Shown here one piece after another: positions 55,601 through 64,000 of a stretch of 64,000 nucleotides of DNA. The DNA comes from Isurus oxyrinchus. Taxonomy: Eukaryota. A program made the translations under genes and the position numbers. The stretch's first letter is position 1. The number at the start of each line of letters is the position of its first letter. Below the pieces are notes generated by a model. That model saw nothing but the letters and a program-made list of their open reading frames with translations. It had not been told where the DNA came from and searched no databases. The DNA is taken from contig JANJGN010000163.1 in assembly GCA_026770705.1 (NCBI GenBank), positions 186,001 to 250,000 of the forward strand, given 5' to 3'.

Positions 55601-58600
55601 TCTAATTAGATATCAGACTTGGGATGTCAACCTGGAATTTACAATCTAATTAGATATCAAACTTGGGATGTCAACCTAGAATTGACAATCTAATTAGATA
55701 TCATACTTGGGATGTCAACCTGGAATTGACAATCTAATTAGATATGAAACTTGGGATGTCAACCTGGAATTGACAATCTAATTAGATATCAGACTTGGGA
55801 TGTCAACCTGGAATTGACAATCTAATTAGATATCAGACTTGGGATGTCAACCTGGAATTGAGAATCTAATTAGATATCAGTCTTGGGATGTCAACTTTGA
55901 ATTGACAATCTAATTTGATATCAAACTTGGGATGTCAACCTGGAATTGACGATCTAATTAGATATCAGACTTGGGATGTCAACCTGGAATTGACAATCTA
56001 ATTAGATATCACACTTGGGATGTCAACCTGGATTTGACAATCTAATTAGATATCAGACTTGGGATGTCAACCTGGAATTGACAATCTAATTAGATATCAG
56101 ACTTGGGATGTCAACCTGGAATTGACAATCTCATTAGATATCAGACTTGGGATGTCAACCTGGAATTGACAATCTAATTAGATATCAGACTTGGGATGTC
56201 AACTTGGAATTGACAATCTAATTAGCTATCAAACTTGGGATGTCAACCTGGAATTGACAATCTAATTAGATATCAGACTTGGGATGTCAATCTGGAATTG
56301 ACAATCTAATTAGATATCAGACTTGGAGTGACAACTTGGAATTGACAATCTAATTAGATATCACACTTGGGATGTCAACCTGGATTTGACAATCTAATTA
56401 GATATCAGACTTGGGATGTCAACCTGGAATTGACAATCTCATTAGATATCAAACTTGGGATGTCAACCTGGAATTGACAATCTAATTAGATATCAGACTT
56501 GGGATGTCAACCTGGAATTGACAATCTAATTAGATATCAGACTTGGGATGTCAACCAGGAATTGACAATCTAATTAGATATCAGACTTGGGATGTCAACC
56601 TGGAATTGACAATCTAATTAGATATCAGACTTGGGATGTCAACCTGGAATTGACAATCTAATTAGATATCAAACTTGGGATGTCAACCTGGAATTGACGA
56701 TCTAATTAGATATCAGACTTGGGATGTCAACCTGGAATTGACAATCTAATTAGATATCAGACTTGGGATGTCAACCTGGATTTGACAATCTAATTAGATA
56801 TCAGACTTGGGATGTCAACCTGGAATTGACAATCTCATTAGATATCAGACTTGGGATGTCAACCTGGAATTGACAATCTCATTAGATATCAGACTTGGGA
56901 TGTCAACCTGGAATTGACAATCTAATTAGATATCAGACTTGGGATGTCAACTTGGAATTGACAATCTAATTAGATATCAAACTTGGGATGTCAACCTGGA
57001 ATTGACAATCTAATTAGATATCAGACTTGGGATGTCAATCTGGAATTGACAATCTAATTAGATATCAAACTTGGGATGTCAACCTGGAATTGACAATCTA
57101 ATTAGATATCAAACTTGGGATGTCAACTTGGAATTGACAATCTAATTAGATATCAGACTTGGGATGTCAACCTGGAATTGACAATCTAATTAGATATCAA
57201 AATTGGGATGTCAACCTAGAATTGACATTCTAATTAGATATCAGACTTGGGATGTCAACCTGGAATTGACAATCTAATTAGATATCACACTTGGGATATC
57301 AACCTGGAATTGAAAATCTAATTAGATATCAGACTTGGGATGTCAACCTGGAATTGACAATCTAATTAGATATCAGACTTGGGATGTCAACCTGGAATTG
57401 ACAATCTCATTAGATATCAGACTTGGGATGTCAACCTGGAATTGACAATCTAATTAGATAGCAAACTTGGGATGTCAACCTGGAATTGACAATCTAATTA
57501 GATATCAGACTTGGGATGTCAACCTGGAATTGACAATCTAATTAGATATCACACTTGGGATGTCAACCTGGATTTGACAATCTAATTAGATATCAGACTT
57601 GGGATGTCAACCTGGAATTGACAATCTAATTAGATATCAGACTTGGGATGTCAACCTGGAATTGACAATCTCATTAGATATCAGACTTGGGATGTCAACC
57701 TGGAATTGACAATCTAATTAGATATCAGACTTGGGATGTCAACTTGGAATTGACAATCTAATTAGATATCAAACTTGGGATGTCAACCTGGAATTGACAA
57801 TCTAATTAGATATCAGACTTGGGATGTCAATCTGGAATTGACAATCTAATTAGATATCAGACTTGGGGTGTCAACTTGGAATTGACAATCTAATTAGATA
57901 TCAAACTTGGGATGTCAACCTGGAATTGACAATCTAATTCGATATCAAACTTGGGATGTCAACTTGGAATTGACAATCTAATTAGATATCAAACTTGGGA
58001 TGTCAACCTTGAATTGACAATCTAATTAGATATCAAACTTGGGATGTCAACCTGGAATTGACAATCTAATTAGATATCAGACTTGGGATGTCAACCTGGA
58101 ATTGACAATCTAATTAGATATCAAAATTGGGATGTCAACCTAGAATTGACAATCTAATTAGATATCAGACTTGGGATGTCAACCTGGAATTGACAATCTA
58201 ATTAGATATCACTCTTGGGATATCAACCTGGAATTGACAATCTAATTAGATATCAGACTTGGGATGTCAACCTGGAATTGACAATCTAATTAGATATCAG
58301 ACTTGGGATGTCAACTTGGAATTGACAATCTAATTAGATATCAGACTTGGGATGTCAATGTGGAATTGACAATCTAATTAGATATCAGACTTGGGATGTC
58401 AACTTGGAATTGACAATCTAATTAGATATCAGACTTGGGATGTCAACCTGGAATTGACAATCTAATTAGATATCAGACTTGGGATGTCAACTTGGAATTG
58501 ACAAACTAATTAGATATCACTCCTGGGATGTCAACCTGGATTTGACAATCTAATTAGATATCAGACTTGGGATGTCAACTTGGAATTGACAATCTAATTA

Positions 58601-61600
58601 GATATCAGACTTGGGATGTCAACCTGGAATTGACAATCTAATTAGATATCAGACTTGGGGTGTCAACTTGGAATTGACAATCAAATTAGATATCAAACTT
58701 GGGATGTCAACCTGGAATTGACAATCTAATTAGATATCAAACTTGGGATGTCAACTTGGAATTGACAATCTAATTGGATATCAAACTTGGGCTGTCAACC
58801 TGGAATTGACAATCTAATTAGATATCAAACTTGGGATGTCAACCTGGAATTGACAATCTAATTAGATATCAGACTTGGGATGTCAACCTGGAATTGACAA
58901 TCTAATTAGATATCAAAATTGGGATGTCAACCTAGAATTGACAATCTAATTAGATATCAGACTTGGGATGTCAACCTGGAATTGACAATCTAATTAGATA
59001 TCAGACTTGGGATATCAACCTGGAATTGACAATCTAATTAGATATCAGACTTGGGATGTCAACCTGGAATTGACAATCTAATTAGATATCAGACTTGGGA
59101 TGTCAACCTGGAATTGACAATCTCATTAGATATCAGACTTGGGATGTCAACCTGGAATTGACAATCTAATTAGATATCAGACTTGGGATGTCAACCTGGA
59201 ATTGACAATCTAATTAGATATAAGACTTGGGATGTCAACTTGGAATTGACAATCTAATTAGATATCAGACTTGGCATGTCAACCTGGAATTGACAATCTA
59301 ATTAGAAATCAGACTTGGGATGTCAACTTGGAATTGACAATCTAATTAGATATCAGACTTGGGATGTCAACCTGGAATTGACAATCTAATTAGATATCAG
59401 ACTTGGGATGTCAACTTGGAATTGACAATCTAATTAGATATCAGACTTGGGATGTCAACCTGGAATTGACAATCTAATTAGATATCAGACTTGGGATGTC
59501 AACTTGGAATTGACAATCTAATTAGATATCACACTTGGGATGTCAACCTGGATTTGACAATCTAATTAGATATCAGACTTGGGATGTCAACTTGGAATTG
59601 ACAATCTAATTAGATATCAGACTTGGGATGTCAACCTGGAATTGACAATCTAATTAGAAATCAGACTTGGGATGTCGACTTGGAATTGACAATCTAATTA
59701 GATATCAGACTTGGGATGTCAATCTGGAATTGACAATCTAATTAGATATCAGACTTGGGATGTCAACCTGCTATTGACAATCTAATTAGATATCAGACTT
59801 GGGATGTCAAGTTGGAATTGACAATCTAATTAGATATCAAACTTGGGATGTCAACCTGGAATTGACAATCTAATTAGATATCAAAATTGGGATGTCAACT
59901 TGGAATTGACAATCTAATTAGATATCAGACTTGGGATGTCAACCTGGAATTGACAACCTAATTAGATATCAAACTTGGGATGTCAACCTGGAATTGACAA
60001 TCTAATTAGATATCAGACTTGGGATGTCAACCTGGAATTGACAATCTAATTAGATATCAGACTTGGGATGTCAACCTGGAATTGACAATCTAATTAGATA
60101 TCAAACTTGGGATGTCAACCTAGAATTGACAATCTAATTAGATATCAGACTTGGGATGTCAACCTAGAATTGACAATCTAATTAGATAACAGACTTGGGA
60201 TGTCAACCTGGAATTGACAATCTAATTAGATATCACACTTGGGATGTCAACCTGGATTTGACAATCTAATTAGATATCAGACTTGGGATGTCAACCTGGA
60301 ATTGACAATCTAATTAGATATCAAACTTGGGATGTCAACCTGGAATTGACAATCTAATTAGATATCAGACTTGGGATGTCAACCTGGAATTGACAATCTA
60401 ATTAGATATCAGACTTGGGATGTCAACCTGGAATTGACAATCTAATTAGATATCAGACTTGGGATGTCAACCTGGAATTGACAATCTAATTAGATATCAG
60501 ACTTGGGATGTCAACCTGGAATTGACAATCTAATTAGATATCAAACTTGGGATGTCAACCTGGAATTGACGATCTAATTAGATATCAGACTTGGGATGTC
60601 AACCTGGAATTGACAATCTAATTAGATGTCACACTTGGGATGTCAACCTGGATTTGACAATCTAATTAGATATCAGACTTGGGATGTCAACCTGGAATTG
60701 ACAATCTAATTAGATATCAGATTTGGGATGTCAACCTGGAATTGACAATCTCATTAGATATCAGACTTGGGATGTCAACCTGGAATTGACAATCTAATTA
60801 GATATCACACTTGGGATGTCAACTTGGAATTGACAATCTAATTAGATATCAAACTTTGGATGTCAACCTGGAATTGACAATCTAATTAGATATCAGACTT
60901 GGGATGTCAATCTGGAATTGACAATCTAATTAGATATCAGACTTGGAGTGTCAACTTGGAATTGACAATCTAATTAGATATCACACTTGGGATGTCAACC
61001 TGGATTTGACAATCTAATTAGATATCAGACTTGGGATGTCAACCTGGAATTGACAATCTAATTAGATATCAAACTTGGGATGTCAACCTGGAATTGACAG
61101 TCTAATTAGATATCAGACTTGGGATGTCAACCTGGAATTGACAATCTAATTAGATATCAGACTTGGGATGTCAACCTGGAATTGACAATCTAATTAGATA
61201 TCAGACTTGGGATGTCAACCTGGAATTGACAATCTAATTAGATATCAGACTTGGGATGTCAACCTGGAATTGACGATCTAATTAGATATCAAACTTGGGA
61301 TGTCAACCTGGAATTGACGATCTAATTAGATATCAGACTTGGGATGTCAACCTGGAATTGACAATCTAATTAGATATCACACTTGGGATGTCAACCTGGA
61401 TTTGACAATCTAATTCGATATCAGACTTGGGATGTCAACCTGGAATTGACAATCTCATTAGATATCAGACTTGGGATGTCAACCTGGAATTGACAATCTA
61501 ATTAGATATCAGACTTGGGATGTCACCCTGGAATTGACAATCTCATTAGATATCAGACTTGGGATGTCAACCTGGAATTGACAATCTAATTAGATATCAG

Positions 61601-64000
61601 ACTTGGGATGTCAACTTGGAATTGACAATCTAATTAGATATCAAACTTGGGATGTCAACCTGGAATTGACAATCTAATTAGATATCAGACTTGGGATGTC
61701 AATCTGGAATTGACAATCTAATTAGATATCAGACTTGGGATGTCAACCTGGAATTGACAATCTAATTAGATATCAAACTTGGGATGTCAACCTGGAATTG
61801 ACAATCTAATTAGATATCAGACTTGGGATGTCAACCTGGAATTTACAATCTAATTAGATATCAAACTTGGGATGTCAACCTAGAATTGACAATCTAATTA
61901 GATATCATACTTGGGATGTCAACCTGGAATTGACAATCTAATTAGATATGAAACTTGGGATGTCAACCTGGAATTGACAATCTAATTAGATATCAGACTT
62001 GGGATGTCAACCTGGAATTGACAATCTAATTAGATATCAGACTTGGGATGTCAACCTGGAATTGAGAATCTAATTAGATATCAGTCTTGGGATGTCAACT
62101 TTGAATTGACAATCTAATTTGATATCAAACTTGGGATGTCAACCTGGAATTGACGATCTAATTAGATATCAGACTTGGGATGTCAACCTGGAATTGACAA
62201 TCTAATTAGATATCACACTTGGGATGTCAACCTGGATTTGACAATCTAATTAGATATCAGACTTGGGATGTCAACCTGGAATTGACAATCTAATTAGATA
62301 TCAGACTTGGGATGTCAACCTGGAATTGACAATCTCATTAGATATCAGACTTGGGATGTCAACCTGGAATTGACAATCTAATTAGATATCAGACTTGGGA
62401 TGTCAACTTGGAATTGACAATCTAATTAGCTATCAAACTTGGGATGTCAACCTGGAATTGACAATCTAATTAGATATCAGACTTGGGATGTCAATCTGGA
62501 ATTGACAATCTAATTAGATATCAGACTTGGAGTGACAACTTGGAATTGACAATCTAATTAGATATCACACTTGGGATGTCAACCTGGATTTGACAATCTA
62601 ATTAGATATCAGACTTGGGATGTCAACCTGGAATTGACAATCTCATTAGATATCAAACTTGGGATGTCAACCTGGAATTGACAATCTAATTAGATATCAG
62701 ACTTGGGATGTCAACCTGGAATTGACAATCTAATTAGATATCAGACTTGGGATGTCAACCAGGAATTGACAATCTAATTAGATATCAGACTTGGGATGTC
62801 AACCTGGAATTGACAATCTAATTAGATATCAGACTTGGGATGTCAACCTGGAATTGACAATCTAATTAGATATCAAACTTGGGATGTCAACCTGGAATTG
62901 ACGATCTAATTAGATATCAGACTTGGGATGTCAACCTGGAATTGACAATCTAATTAGATATCAGACTTGGGATGTCAACCTGGATTTGACAATCTAATTA
63001 GATATCAGACTTGGGATGTCAACCTGGAATTGACAATCTCATTAGATATCAGACTTGGGATGTCAACCTGGAATTGACAATCTCATTAGATATCAGACTT
63101 GGGATGTCAACCTGGAATTGACAATCTAATTAGATATCAGACTTGGGATGTCAACTTGGAATTGACAATCTAATTAGATATCAAACTTGGGATGTCAACC
63201 TGGAATTGACAATCTAATTAGATATCAGACTTGGGATGTCAATCTGGAATTGACAATCTAATTAGATATCAAACTTGGGATGTCAACCTGGAATTGACAA
63301 TCTAATTAGATATCAAACTTGGGATGTCAACTTGGAATTGACAATCTAATTAGATATCAGACTTGGGATGTCAACCTGGAATTGACAATCTAATTAGATA
63401 TCAAAATTGGGATGTCAACCTAGAATTGACATTCTAATTAGATATCAGACTTGGGATGTCAACCTGGAATTGACAATCTAATTAGATATCACACTTGGGA
63501 TATCAACCTGGAATTGAAAATCTAATTAGATATCAGACTTGGGATGTCAACCTGGAATTGACAATCTAATTAGATATCAGACTTGGGATGTCAACCTGGA
63601 ATTGACAATCTCATTAGATATCAGACTTGGGATGTCAACCTGGAATTGACAATCTAATTAGATAGCAAACTTGGGATGTCAACCTGGAATTGACAATCTA
63701 ATTAGATATCAGACTTGGGATGTCAACCTGGAATTGACAATCTAATTAGATATCACACTTGGGATGTCAACCTGGATTTGACAATCTAATTAGATATCAG
63801 ACTTGGGATGTCAACCTGGAATTGACAATCTAATTAGATATCAGACTTGGGATGTCAACCTGGAATTGACAATCTCATTAGATATCAGACTTGGGATGTC
63901 AACCTGGAATTGACAATCTAATTAGATATCAGACTTGGGATGTCAACTTGGAATTGACAATCTAATTAGATATCAAACTTGGGATGTCAACCTGGAATTG
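16668..64000. repeat. 44-bp satellite, ~1075 copies, consensus AGATATCAGACTTGGGATGTCAACCTGGAATTGACAATCTAATT; runs off the window end
   Basis: Period 44 (gatatc at 16801 and 16845). Most units carry an EcoRV site (GATATC) and a HincII site (GTCAAC). The track lists no ORFs here. Confidence 0.99.

Noticed and set aside
3812-64000. CRISPR-like arrays with palindromic units
   Set aside because: Head-to-tail repeats with no unique spacers, no cas genes, and vertebrate context.
16668-64000. TTGACA in each unit as a bacterial -35 element
   Set aside because: Eukaryotic satellite context and no properly spaced -10 box.

Overview
Vertebrate genomic DNA; the interspersed repeats resemble families I recall from cartilaginous fish, which is an inference. 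About 90% of the window is three tandem arrays with different units: a 32-bp unit (~3.8-6.9 kb), a 22-bp unit (~8.0-15.2 kb) and a 44-bp unit (16.67 kb to the window end, ~1075 copies). Between them sits one apparently intact germline antigen-receptor V gene segment of T-cell receptor beta type, TRBV30-like. It has a CRE-like promoter element, a 49-nt leader exon (7756-7804), a phase-1 intron inflated to 7.8 kb by the 22-bp minisatellite, an open V exon (15609-15903) and a 23-RSS (CACAGCC-23-ACAAAAACC). No other V, D, J or C segment was found. The first 3.7 kb is nested, decayed retroelements (CR1 LINE, RTE LINE fragment, two LTR-like copies, SINE-like element). The many repeat ORFs in the track are artefacts of the minisatellite.
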